Source of the DNA: an uncultured Armatimonadia bacterium
Lineage (GTDB): Bacteria; Armatimonadota; Zipacnadia; CAZGSV01
NCBI GenBank assembly: GCA_964528605.1
Contig: CAZGSV010000003.1
Span: forward strand, 2,094-66,093
DNA length: 64,000 bases
Direction: 5' to 3'
The position numbers were made by a program, and so were the translations under genes. The number at the start of each line of letters is the position of its first letter. The stretch's first letter is position 1. Shown here one piece after another: positions 38,417 to 47,203 of the stretch. A model generated the notes under the pieces. That model was not told the origin of the DNA. It made no database searches and saw only the letters and a list, made by a program, of their open reading frames with translations.

Positions 38417-39286
38417 ATGCCTGATCAGTTCTCCGGAGAGAACTTGGACCAAGTCGAGGGGGAGCCGGGGCGCGCGCCCCGCGCGTTCACCTGGCGGGGC
38501 AAACGCTGCGCGGTCGCGGAGGTGCTGCAAAGCCGCTATACCTACGGCACCGGGCGCGCCACCGCAGGCCGCGTCTGGCTGCCGCGCGGGCGGCAGGCGT
38601 ACTACTGCCTGCGCACAGAGGAGGGCGATTACTTTGAGTTGTGCGCCGAGAGAAGCGGGGACGTGGAGGAGTGGTTCGTCTACCGCCTGCTGTCGGCGCC
38701 TCCACCGCCTGAGGAGCCCAGTATGGAGGCGAGGCGGGAGATGGTCGGCGTGGGCCGGCCCAAGCCGACGCTTCCTCCACCCCATCGCATCATCGCTTAC
38801 CAGCCCTCTCTTCGCCCCTGGCGCGATTTGCTCCTGAGACTGAGCCTCGACCAGCCCGCCTCGCTACTGCCGCACGCTGAACCCCGTATCGCTCTCGGAG
38901 CGGAGTACGGCCGGCTCATGGTCGGCCTCATCGAGGCAGGTGAGCCGCTGCTGGGAGGAGCGCCGGGCTCGGCGGAGGTGCACTGCCTGTGCGTGCTGCC
39001 TGCTTTCCGCCGTCTGGGAATGGGCACCGCGCTGCTCAAGGAAGTGCAAGCCTGGGCGGCGCGCAGCGGCTACCAGCGCCTGGAGGCCGCCGCGCCCGTG
39101 AGCGACGAGAGCGGAGCCTCGGACGGCCTGCTCCGGTCGAACCGCATGCCCTATCACCGCACCGTGCTGGTGGTGCGCAAAGGGGAAGCCGTCGAGGTGG
39201 TAGCCCCGGCGCAGTACTGGGCCCAATGGCCTGCGCAAGACCACGTCCTGCTCACCGTGTTCGCCATTCACGCCATGGGACTTTGA
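38417..39286 (+). CDS. protein with C-terminal GNAT acetyltransferase domain, N-terminal domain unknown
   Basis: VLPAFRRLGMGTALL (GNAT motif A) near the C-terminus. Confidence 0.5.
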   Translation: MPDQFSGENLDQVEGEPGRAPRAFTWRGKRCAVAEVLQSRYTYGTGRATAGRVWLPRGRQAYYCLRTEEGDYFELCAERSGDVEEWFVYRLLSAPPPPEEPSMEARREMVGVGRPKPTLPPPHRIIAYQPSLRPWRDLLLRLSLDQPASLLPHAEPRIALGAEYGRLMVGLIEAGEPLLGGAPGSAEVHCLCVLPAFRRLGMGTALLKEVQAWAARSGYQRLEAAAPVSDESGASDGLLRSNRMPYHRTVLVVRKGEAVEVVAPAQYWAQWPAQDHVLLTVFAIHAMGL

Positions 39287-39348
39287 GCCGCGCGCCGACT
39301 GCCCTTCGTGCTGCACGAAGAGCAGGGCAACAAACTTCAGATTCCATC

Positions 39349-39376
39349 TTGACGACCCACAGTGCGGTGCTATAAT
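39349..39376 (+). promoter_or_regulatory. sigma70-like promoter upstream of dnaA (TTGACG -16 nt- TATAAT)
   Basis: Canonical hexamers read directly. Unusually AT-rich for this genome. Confidence 0.45.
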
Positions 39377-39554
39377 GCTCGCGCTCTGGCGGTCGCGAGG
39401 GATGCTGGAGGAGGGTCTAGGGAAGTGATGTGTGGTCACCGGGGTGGTGCGCCGACAGGCGAGAGTGCGGCTGCGTGAGCCAGAAGTCCTGTATGGGGGA
39501 ACGTGCGAGGAGCGGAGGCGCTGAGGGTTCAGCGGGGGCGGGGACAGTCGCTTG

Positions 39555-39586
39555 TTATCAACATCTGTGCATAACGCTGTGGATAT
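39555..39586. promoter_or_regulatory. cluster of three DnaA-box-like 9-mers (TTATCAACA, TGTGCATAA, TGTGGATAT)
   Basis: Each is one mismatch from TTATCCACA or its complement, spaced 11-12 nt apart, 70 nt upstream of the dnaA start. Confidence 0.5.
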
Positions 39587-39652
39587 GTTCGTCGCTCTCG
39601 CGAGTTGGTGCCCGGAGCAACATATTGTCTGCAATCGAGGAGCGGCATTTGC

Positions 39653-41017
39653 GTGAGCGCCTCGCATAGCGAGATCGCCGACATCTGGGGTGAGGTCCTC
39701 GCCGACCTGCATACTCAGACCCCACGCGCCAGCGTGGAAACCTGGCTCAAGAACATCGTGCCCCTCTCCATGGACGGCGACGAGGTGGTGCTCGGCGTCC
39801 CCTCGGAGTTCGCCCGTGATTGGCTGGAGCGCGGCTATAGCGAGGTAGTCGAGGAGGCCGTGGGCGGAGTGCTGGGCAGAGAGGTGCGCGTGCGCTTCAC
39901 CGTGCACCCAGCGGCGCAGACGCCCGAGCCGGCGCCCCAGGCCGTGGCCGCGCCCGGTGAAGAGGGCGAGCCCGCCCTGGGCTTCTATTCCATCCCCCTC
40001 AACCGCAAGTACACCTTTGAGAACTTCGTGGTTGGTGACTCCAACCGCTTCGCGCAAGCGGCCGGCCTGGCCGTGGCAACCAATCCCGGTCGCAAGTACA
40101 ACCCTCTCTTCGTCCACGGCGGCGTCGGCCTGGGCAAGACGCACCTGATGCAGGCCATCGGCCACTACGTGCGCGAAAGACAGTCGAACAGCCAAGTGGT
40201 CTATGTTCCGGGGGAAACGTTCGTTTACCACGTGGTTTCCTCCATCCGGGAGAACAAGACTGACCTCTTCCGCAAGAAATACCGCTCGGTGGACATCTGG
40301 CTCGTGGACGACGTGCAGTTCATCGCCGCCAAGGAGCGCACCGAGGCCGAGTTCTTCCACACCTTCAACGCGCTCTACGAGACCCACAAGCAGATAGTCA
40401 TCACCAGCGATTGCCCCCCCCGGGACCTGCAACTGATCAACGATCGCCTGCGCTCGCGCTTCGAGTGGGGCCTGATCGTGGACGTCGGCGCGCCTGACCT
40501 GGAAACCCGCGTGGCCATCCTGCAGAAGAAACTGGAGCCGCAGGGCACGCCCCTGCCCTACGAAGTGCTCCACTACATCGCCACTCTAATCCCCTCGAAC
40601 ATCCGCGTTCTCGAGGGCGCGCTGCTCAAGGTGTTGGCGGTCGCCTCCTTGCTCGATCGCCCGGTCACACTCGAGGACACCCAAGAGGCGCTGAAGGACT
40701 ACACCCAAGCCGGGGCCCCGTTCCGCATCACCCTGGAGCGGGTCATGCAGGCCGTGTGCGAGCACTTCGGCGTCTCCCTGGACGAGGTGCAGAGCAGAAT
40801 CCGCAGCAAGAATCTGGTGGTGCCCCGGCAGATAGCCATGTACATCTGCCGCGAGATGACGGACCACTCCCTACCGGACATCGGCCGCTACTTCAAGCGG
40901 GACCACTCGACGGTCATCCATGGCCACGGCAAAGTGCGCGACCTGCTCGACGAAGACCCCGTCTTCGCTAAGATGATCGAAGAACTGATGGAGAGGATTC
41001 AACACGGGCACCCCTAG
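39653..41017 (+). CDS. dnaA: chromosomal replication initiator protein DnaA
   Basis: AAA+ Walker A GGVGLGKTHL, DnaA signature and C-terminal HTH (DHSTVIHG). GTG at 39653 preferred; the TTG at 39605 is an alternative. Confidence 0.9.
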   Translation: MSASHSEIADIWGEVLADLHTQTPRASVETWLKNIVPLSMDGDEVVLGVPSEFARDWLERGYSEVVEEAVGGVLGREVRVRFTVHPAAQTPEPAPQAVAAPGEEGEPALGFYSIPLNRKYTFENFVVGDSNRFAQAAGLAVATNPGRKYNPLFVHGGVGLGKTHLMQAIGHYVRERQSNSQVVYVPGETFVYHVVSSIRENKTDLFRKKYRSVDIWLVDDVQFIAAKERTEAEFFHTFNALYETHKQIVITSDCPPRDLQLINDRLRSRFEWGLIVDVGAPDLETRVAILQKKLEPQGTPLPYEVLHYIATLIPSNIRVLEGALLKVLAVASLLDRPVTLEDTQEALKDYTQAGAPFRITLERVMQAVCEHFGVSLDEVQSRIRSKNLVVPRQIAMYICREMTDHSLPDIGRYFKRDHSTVIHGHGKVRDLLDEDPVFAKMIEELMERIQHGHP

Positions 41018-41229
41018 ATCCTGTGGGCATGCTGTGCACACCTGTGCCCCTGCCCTACTCGTGCCTTGCTGTTGACAAGCACCCGCGCTTTCCCACACCC
41101 TTATGCACACCTAAGAGTGGCGTCGCCTGGGGACGCACTGCGCTTCATCAACGCCGTGCACACCCTTATTACTCTTAGTGATCTTTTGTACATAAGTTAC
41201 AGAGGTACTAATAAGAGGAGGGTGGCAGG
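41018..41229. other. dnaA-dnaN spacer with a DnaA-box-like TTATGCACA (41091-41099) and a ~50-nt AT-rich putative DNA-unwinding element (41165-41215); candidate oriC segment
   Basis: AT-rich tract TTATTACTCTTAGTGATCTTTTGTACATAAGTTACAGAGGTACTAATAAGAGG stands out in a ~70% GC background. dnaA-dnaN synteny is typical of bacterial origins. Confidence 0.5.
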
Positions 41230-42345
41230 ATGAAACTGACGTGCGCGCGCGAGGAACTCCAACTGGCCCTGCAACGCGTCGGTCGGGCCGTGACCGCACG
41301 GACTACCCTACCCGTTCTGAGCAATGTTCTTCTCAAAGCGGGCCCGGAAGGAGCGGAAGCGGCTGCCTACGATCTGAGCATGGCCATCCAAACCGCCGTG
41401 CCCGCTAAGGTAAGCAGGCCCGGGGCAACAACCGTCCCGGCTCGCCTGCTGCAGGAGATAATCAATCTGTTGCCCGAAGATGACATCTCGGTCGAGAGCA
41501 TCGAAGACACCAACATCTGCACCATCCGCGCCGGCAAGGCCACCTACCGTATCCACGGACAGTCGGCCCAAGAGTTCCCTGCGCTTCCAGAGGTCACTGG
41601 TGGACATTGTTTCTCGCTGCCGCAGTCCCTGTTGCGCACCATGATCCATCAGACCGCCTTCGCCTCGGCCGAAGAGGAGACCCGCCCCATAATGACGGGC
41701 ACGCTTGTCCTAGTGGACGGCGGCACGCTGACGCTGGTCGCGACTGACACCTATCGGCTCGCCGCGCGCGCGGCAGCCCTCGAGCCCCCCGCGGCGGAGA
41801 CCTTCCGCGCGGTTGTGCCTACGCGCGCGCTGCGAGAAGTCCAGAGGCTCGCCGCTGAGGACGACGCCGCAGCCCAGGTCACTTTGGGCTCTAACCACGC
41901 GCGCTTCGAACTTACCGACGCAGTCGTGACCAGCTCGCTCATCGAAGGTCACTTCCCCGACCACAGCGCTGTCATCCCCACTGACTACCACAACCGCATC
42001 CGTGTGGAGCGCGAGGCGCTTGCGGCGACCATCAGGCGGGCGCAGGTGGTCGCGCGCGAGGACGGGAACAAGGTGGTGCTGCGGGCGGAGGAGGGCAAGA
42101 TGACGGTGCAGGCCTCTTCGCCGGGCCTCGGCCAATTCGCAGACGAGTTGCCGGTGGCCCTGGAAGGTGGAGAGGTCGTCGTGTCCTGCAATGCCAAGTA
42201 CCTGCTGGACGTGCTCAGCGTGCTGGCGGAGCAAGAGGCCGACATCGAACTGAAGGGTGCCGCCAGCCCCGGTCTGATCAAGCCCGCCGACGGCGTGAAC
42301 TACAATTACGTCTTCATGCCCATCGCCCTCCCCGAGGAGGGCTAG
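41230..42345 (+). CDS. dnaN: DNA polymerase III beta sliding clamp
   Basis: 371 aa, three-domain beta-clamp pattern. AGGAGG RBS 8 nt upstream. Confidence 0.9.
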   Translation: MKLTCAREELQLALQRVGRAVTARTTLPVLSNVLLKAGPEGAEAAAYDLSMAIQTAVPAKVSRPGATTVPARLLQEIINLLPEDDISVESIEDTNICTIRAGKATYRIHGQSAQEFPALPEVTGGHCFSLPQSLLRTMIHQTAFASAEEETRPIMTGTLVLVDGGTLTLVATDTYRLAARAAALEPPAAETFRAVVPTRALREVQRLAAEDDAAAQVTLGSNHARFELTDAVVTSSLIEGHFPDHSAVIPTDYHNRIRVEREALAATIRRAQVVAREDGNKVVLRAEEGKMTVQASSPGLGQFADELPVALEGGEVVVSCNAKYLLDVLSVLAEQEADIELKGAASPGLIKPADGVNYNYVFMPIALPEEG

Positions 42346-42562
42346 CCCCTGGCGTCTCAGGCGCCCCCAGCGGCTCCCATAGCCGGGCCCGGGCCCGACC
42401 GCGGGGGTTGTGGGTACCGTAGCGATCACCTCCCTGCGGACTTCGGTGTGCGCGCAGCGGTGCTGCTGATACAATGCTGGCGCGGCTTTGAGGAGAGGCG
42501 CAGGCCAACCTGGGAGGTGTGTTGGGCGCTTGAGAGCGAGACGTTCGGGGAAACTGAGCCGC

Positions 42563-43129
42563 ATGTCCGACGCCGTGCAGGGCTTCCTCGACCTTTGGGC
42601 GCGGGGCCGCAAGGCGCGCGAGAACCTGGCGTTCTTCGTCTGGGCCCAGGCGGTCGGCCCTGAGATCGCGCGGCGCTCGCGCGTGCGGTCTGTGCAGTCG
42701 GGCGTGCTCTATGCGGACGCCGAGTCGCCGGTGGCGGCGAGCGTATTCCAGACCGAGGCGGAGCGCATCCGCCAGCGCCTCAACCGCCTTCTCGGCGACG
42801 ATCTTATCAGCGAGGTGCGCTTCTCCAGTCGCGGCATCGAGAAAGAGCGCCGTCCGCCTCGCCGCGCGCCGCGCCTGACGCCGACCGAGGAGGACCTGGC
42901 CGCCATCACGCTCGAGGACCGCGAGCAGGCGCAGATTGACATCCTGTGCGAGCGCATAGAGCCGCCGGAGTTGCGCAACCTGGTGGCCTTCGTTACCACC
43001 AGAGCCGCCAAGGTGGAGGCGTGGCGCAAGCAGAAACGCTGGAAGAAGTGCTCCGTCTGCGGCTGCCGCTTCCGCGGCGAAGGCAGGATGTGCGAACTGT
43101 GCGAGGTGCGGAGGAGGTCCGGTGCCTAG
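42563..43129 (+). CDS. DUF721/DciA-like protein with C-terminal CxxC...CxxC zinc-ribbon extension
   Basis: Position after dnaN, with the LAFFVWAQAVGPEIA...GVLYADAESPVAASVF pattern I associate with DUF721. Terminal CSVCGCRF...CELCE motif. Confidence 0.5.
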   Translation: MSDAVQGFLDLWARGRKARENLAFFVWAQAVGPEIARRSRVRSVQSGVLYADAESPVAASVFQTEAERIRQRLNRLLGDDLISEVRFSSRGIEKERRPPRRAPRLTPTEEDLAAITLEDREQAQIDILCERIEPPELRNLVAFVTTRAAKVEAWRKQKRWKKCSVCGCRFRGEGRMCELCEVRRRSGA

Positions 43130-44345
43130 GATACTGGAACTGACCTGGGAGTACCCGCCGCGCCTGGTGGGGGGCATCGCCAGACATGTGGCGGGCCTGG
43201 TGCCAGGGCTGGCAGCGGAGGGGTTCGAGGTGGTGGTGGTGACCCAGGCGCCGAACGGGGAACGCTCGCGCACCGAGGAAAGCGGGGTCACGATCATACG
43301 CACCGTCGCTTCTGGGCCCAGCCCGCGGGACTTCATCGAGGAGATCCACCTGCTCAACCACGCGCTCGCGCAAGAGGCGGTGGCCGCGCACGGGGGGCAG
43401 TCCTTCGACCTCATTCACGCCCACGATTGGCTCGCCCTCTTTGCGGCGCGCGCGCTCAAGCACGCCTGGCGGGTGCCGCTAGTGGCGACGATACACGCCA
43501 CTGAGCGCGGGCGTCAGCGGGGCATTCACAATCCCACGCAGGCCTTCATTGACCAAGCGGAGTGGCACCTCTGCTACGAAGCCTGGCGGGTCATCTGCTG
43601 CAGCCAGGCGATGCAGGGCGAGATTCACTCGTTCTTCGGCTGCCCGGAGGACAAGATATGCGTCATTCCCAACGGCATAGACACGCAGAGGCGGGCCCCC
43701 GCAGCGCCCGAGCCGCAGGTCCGGCGGCAACTGGCGCTGGGCGCGGACCGCATCGTCCTCTTCGTCGGGCGGCTGGTATGGGAGAAGGGATTGGCGCCGC
43801 TGCTGCGCGCTTGGGCGGACGTGGCGCGTGAAGCGCCGGAGGTGAGGTTGGTGGTTGTCGGGGGGGGCGACCAAGGGCCGTGGCAGGCGCTGGCGCGAGA
43901 GTGCGGCGTCACCGATAGCGTCACCTTCGCCGGCCACGTGGACGAGGCGACGCTGAGCAGCCTCTACCAGATGGCGCAGAGCGCCGTTATGCCGAGCCTG
44001 TACGAGCCGTTCGGTATCGTGGCGCTCGAGGCTATGGGGTCCGGGGTTCCGGTAGTGGGCTCGGAGGTGGGTGGGCTGGCCGAGGTGGTGCGGCAGTGCC
44101 AGGGCGGCCTGCTGGTGCCTCCGGATCGCCCCCAGGCTTTGTCGCGGGCGCTGATGCGCGTTTTGACGGACCGGCAACTGGCCGGTAAACTCGCTATCCG
44201 GGGCAGGGAGAGCGTCGAGGAGATCTACTCCTGGCGGGCGATAGCCAAGCGCACCGGGGCGGTGTTGGAGGAGGTGCTCCGCGAGCGCGCGCGCACGCAG
44301 TGGGATGACCCTGTGCATCCCGCAGGGCGCAACACCCGCCACTAG
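43122..44345 (+). CDS. GT4-family glycosyltransferase
   Basis: EPFGIVALEAMGSGVPVV (E-x7-E motif region) and an N-terminal GT-B Rossmann domain. Confidence 0.8.
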   Translation: MPRILELTWEYPPRLVGGIARHVAGLVPGLAAEGFEVVVVTQAPNGERSRTEESGVTIIRTVASGPSPRDFIEEIHLLNHALAQEAVAAHGGQSFDLIHAHDWLALFAARALKHAWRVPLVATIHATERGRQRGIHNPTQAFIDQAEWHLCYEAWRVICCSQAMQGEIHSFFGCPEDKICVIPNGIDTQRRAPAAPEPQVRRQLALGADRIVLFVGRLVWEKGLAPLLRAWADVAREAPEVRLVVVGGGDQGPWQALARECGVTDSVTFAGHVDEATLSSLYQMAQSAVMPSLYEPFGIVALEAMGSGVPVVGSEVGGLAEVVRQCQGGLLVPPDRPQALSRALMRVLTDRQLAGKLAIRGRESVEEIYSWRAIAKRTGAVLEEVLRERARTQWDDPVHPAGRNTRH

Positions 44346-44357
44346 GGGGCGTTGACG

Positions 44358-46400
44358 ATGATAGAGAAGCGTTCGATGTTGCTCTGCTTGGTCGCCGCGC
44401 TTGCGCTGCCCCTTGCCTCGGCGGCGGACGCCGACGGCCCCGTTCAGGTGGGCGCTAAGGAGACCTTGGTGGTGGTACAGCCCGCGCCTCAGGCTTATGC
44501 CGCGGAAGGGGGCGCTCCCACGGCGGACTCACTATGGCCGACACTCGCCCTCACCGACGCATTGAGTGGCGCACTGGGGGCAGTGCCCGGCTACCGCGTC
44601 CAACTGTGGCGCCCCATGGCGGACATAGGGGTGGCCTACCTGGTCCAGGCGCGCGCGGCTCTGCAGGGGGGGCTGCTCAACGGCAACGTCACCATTCGCC
44701 GGCCGCCTCAGGAAGAGCCGCTCAAGGCCCTCACCGTGCAGCAGGCGGCGGATGCCACCCTCGCCGGGCTCCTGCGTCAGGCGTGCCTCATTGCGCTGCA
44801 GGGCGTTGGGCTGAGCGCCGAGCAAGCGCAGCAGGCGGCGGCCTCCCAGCCGGGCACGGAGAACACCGAGGCCTTGCAGCATTACTACAAGGGCGCCGCC
44901 ATGTGGCAACTGGCTGACAGCGCCGGCGCGCGCAAGGAGTACGAGGCTGCAGTGGCGCTGGACGCGCGTTACCAGAAGGCCCTCAAGGCAGTAGCCGGGG
45001 CCCTATATCAGGAGGGCGTAGATGCCTACAGCGCCGGCGACCTGAAGGCCGCAGTGGCCAAGTTCGAGGCCGCCGCCCAGCGCTACACCGAGGCTGGCGA
45101 TCAGGAGAACGCCATCCTCAGCGTTGCCTTCGCCCACCTCTATCAGGGCGAGGCGCTTTGGTCCGCGGGCGACAAGGAGGCGGCCCTGGAGCACTTCCGG
45201 GCCGCCGCCGCGGAAAGCATGAAGGGCGAGCAACATGCCCTGCTGCCCAAGGCCCACATCAGTTACGGCGCCGCGCTCTGGGAATGGGGCCAGAAGCTGC
45301 TCGCGGCCGCTAAGGAACAGGAGGCACTGGACGCGCTGCAGAACGCCGCCGCCCAGTACGGGATCGCGGGGCAACTCCACGAGCGCGCCGTCTGTCTCGC
45401 GGCCGCCTCCGCGGTGTTGGAGAAGCTCAACCACCCGGAAGAGGCTGGCGAGGGCTATCTCGAGGCGGGCCGGCTCCTCGTGCAAGTGGGTGAATACGAA
45501 CTCGCGCGTCCCAACCTTGGCAAGGTCCGCGGGCTGGACGCCAAGTTGGCCGCCGATGCGCTCGTGTTGCAGGCGCTCTGCGACCTGCGCACCACGGAAC
45601 TGGGGCCGCTGAAGGAGTTGCTCGACAACGCTTTGAACGCGGTGCTCGCCGACGACACTGCGGGCGCTCAGACGACACTGACTCGGGCGCGTTTGCTCGC
45701 CCAGCGCGCTGGCATCGGCGAGGCCGATGTGCTCATCGGGCGCGCGTTGGAGAAACTGCAGCAGGGCCAGACTGATCCCGCGGCGCAGGACATCACCGAC
45801 GCCAAAAAGCCCGTGCGGGAGACGGACAACCTCAGACGGGCTCGCCGCCTGCTCACCGAGGCGGTCGGCCTCGACGACAACCATGTGTGGGCGCACAAGT
45901 ACCTCGGCGATGCCCTGATGCGCCTCGGCGAACTCTCCGGCGCCATCGAGCAGTACGCGCGCGTGCAGGCTCTCCTGCCCAATGACGAAGGCCCCGACGC
46001 CGACCTCGGCGAGGCTTACCTGAAGTCCAATCTCTACACCAAGGCCGAGGAGACCTTCCTCGCGGGCCTCAAACTCGTTGCGCCGGACAATACCGAGGTC
46101 GCCTGGCGACTCGAGCGCGGCCTCGGCGACGTCTCCATCAAGTTGCGCAAGTATGCCCAGGCGCGCGACGCCTACAAGCAAGCGCTGGAACTCTTCTCCT
46201 TCGACGTCCAGTCGCTGCTCAGCCTTGTCGTCGCCCAGTACAATCTCAAGGAGTACGACGAGGGGCTGCGCAACACGGAACTGGCGGCCACCCTGGCAAG
46301 CGACAACCCGGAAGTAGTCAAGGACGCCAATCGCCTGGCCGACCTCATCCGCGCCGCCCAAGAGCGCGAGCGCAAACTGAAGCAGGGCAATGGCGGCTAG
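44358..46400 (+). CDS. secreted tetratricopeptide-repeat (TPR) protein
   Basis: Signal peptide MIEKRSMLLCLVAALALPLASA. Many Ala-rich TPR-like helical pairs. Start uncertain (TTG at 44352 or ATG at 44358). Confidence 0.55.
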   Translation: MIEKRSMLLCLVAALALPLASAADADGPVQVGAKETLVVVQPAPQAYAAEGGAPTADSLWPTLALTDALSGALGAVPGYRVQLWRPMADIGVAYLVQARAALQGGLLNGNVTIRRPPQEEPLKALTVQQAADATLAGLLRQACLIALQGVGLSAEQAQQAAASQPGTENTEALQHYYKGAAMWQLADSAGARKEYEAAVALDARYQKALKAVAGALYQEGVDAYSAGDLKAAVAKFEAAAQRYTEAGDQENAILSVAFAHLYQGEALWSAGDKEAALEHFRAAAAESMKGEQHALLPKAHISYGAALWEWGQKLLAAAKEQEALDALQNAAAQYGIAGQLHERAVCLAAASAVLEKLNHPEEAGEGYLEAGRLLVQVGEYELARPNLGKVRGLDAKLAADALVLQALCDLRTTELGPLKELLDNALNAVLADDTAGAQTTLTRARLLAQRAGIGEADVLIGRALEKLQQGQTDPAAQDITDAKKPVRETDNLRRARRLLTEAVGLDDNHVWAHKYLGDALMRLGELSGAIEQYARVQALLPNDEGPDADLGEAYLKSNLYTKAEETFLAGLKLVAPDNTEVAWRLERGLGDVSIKLRKYAQARDAYKQALELFSFDVQSLLSLVVAQYNLKEYDEGLRNTELAATLASDNPEVVKDANRLADLIRAAQERERKLKQGNGG

Positions 46401-46458
46401 GTCCTTCTCGCGCGCGTACTTCCTTGCGGAGGCCGAAGCGCGAGGGGGGGGCTAGGCC

Positions 46459-47133
46459 GTGGCCGGCAACGCGCAAGGACCGCTGGCGGAGGTCGAGCAG
46501 CGCCTCATGCGCATGGCGGAGCTAGCCGGGCAGATGGTGGGCGATGCCGTGCGCGCCGTCTGCGAGCGCAACGAATTGCTGGCCGACACCGTCATCGCCC
46601 GCGATGACGAGGTGGACCAACTGGACTTCGAGATCGAGTCCCGCTGCGTGCGGCTCATCGCGGCCGAGCAGCCCACCGGCAGGGCGCTGCGCAGCGTGGC
46701 CTCGGTGCTCAAGGTCATCGGTGACATCGAGAGGATCGCCGACTACTCCCTCGACATCGCCAAGACGGGCCTGCTGCTGGGGCAGGGCTCGGGGCCGTGG
46801 CCCGTGGACCTCAAGCCCATGGGCGACCTGGGGCAGGAGATGTTGAGGCAGGCCATGGCCGCCTTCGCCGCCGGGGATGTGGAGGCGGCGGGGCGCGTGG
46901 TGGAGATGGATCGCGAAATGGACCGCCTCTACCATTCCCAACTCGCCAGCCTGCTCGAGACCATGTGTGAGAGCCCGGAGGGCGTGCGCGCCGGAGTCTA
47001 CCTGGCGCTGGCGATGCGCTATCTCGAGCGCATCGGCGACCACATCTCCAACGTGGCCGAGCGCGTGCTCTACGTCGCCGTCGGCCAGCCGGCCCGCCTG
47101 CGCACCGACTTCGAGTCCGACGCCCAGCCGTAG
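46459..47133 (+). CDS. phoU: phosphate-signalling regulator PhoU
   Basis: Two PhoU repeats with IGDIERIADYSLDIAK and LERIGDHISNVAERV motifs. Confidence 0.8.
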   Translation: MAGNAQGPLAEVEQRLMRMAELAGQMVGDAVRAVCERNELLADTVIARDDEVDQLDFEIESRCVRLIAAEQPTGRALRSVASVLKVIGDIERIADYSLDIAKTGLLLGQGSGPWPVDLKPMGDLGQEMLRQAMAAFAAGDVEAAGRVVEMDREMDRLYHSQLASLLETMCESPEGVRAGVYLALAMRYLERIGDHISNVAERVLYVAVGQPARLRTDFESDAQP

Positions 47134-47203
47134 CAGGCGGCTGCTTGCGCCGCAAGAGCGCCGCCACTACACTCGGCTGCGCAATCCCCGGAACCGAAGG
47201 CGA

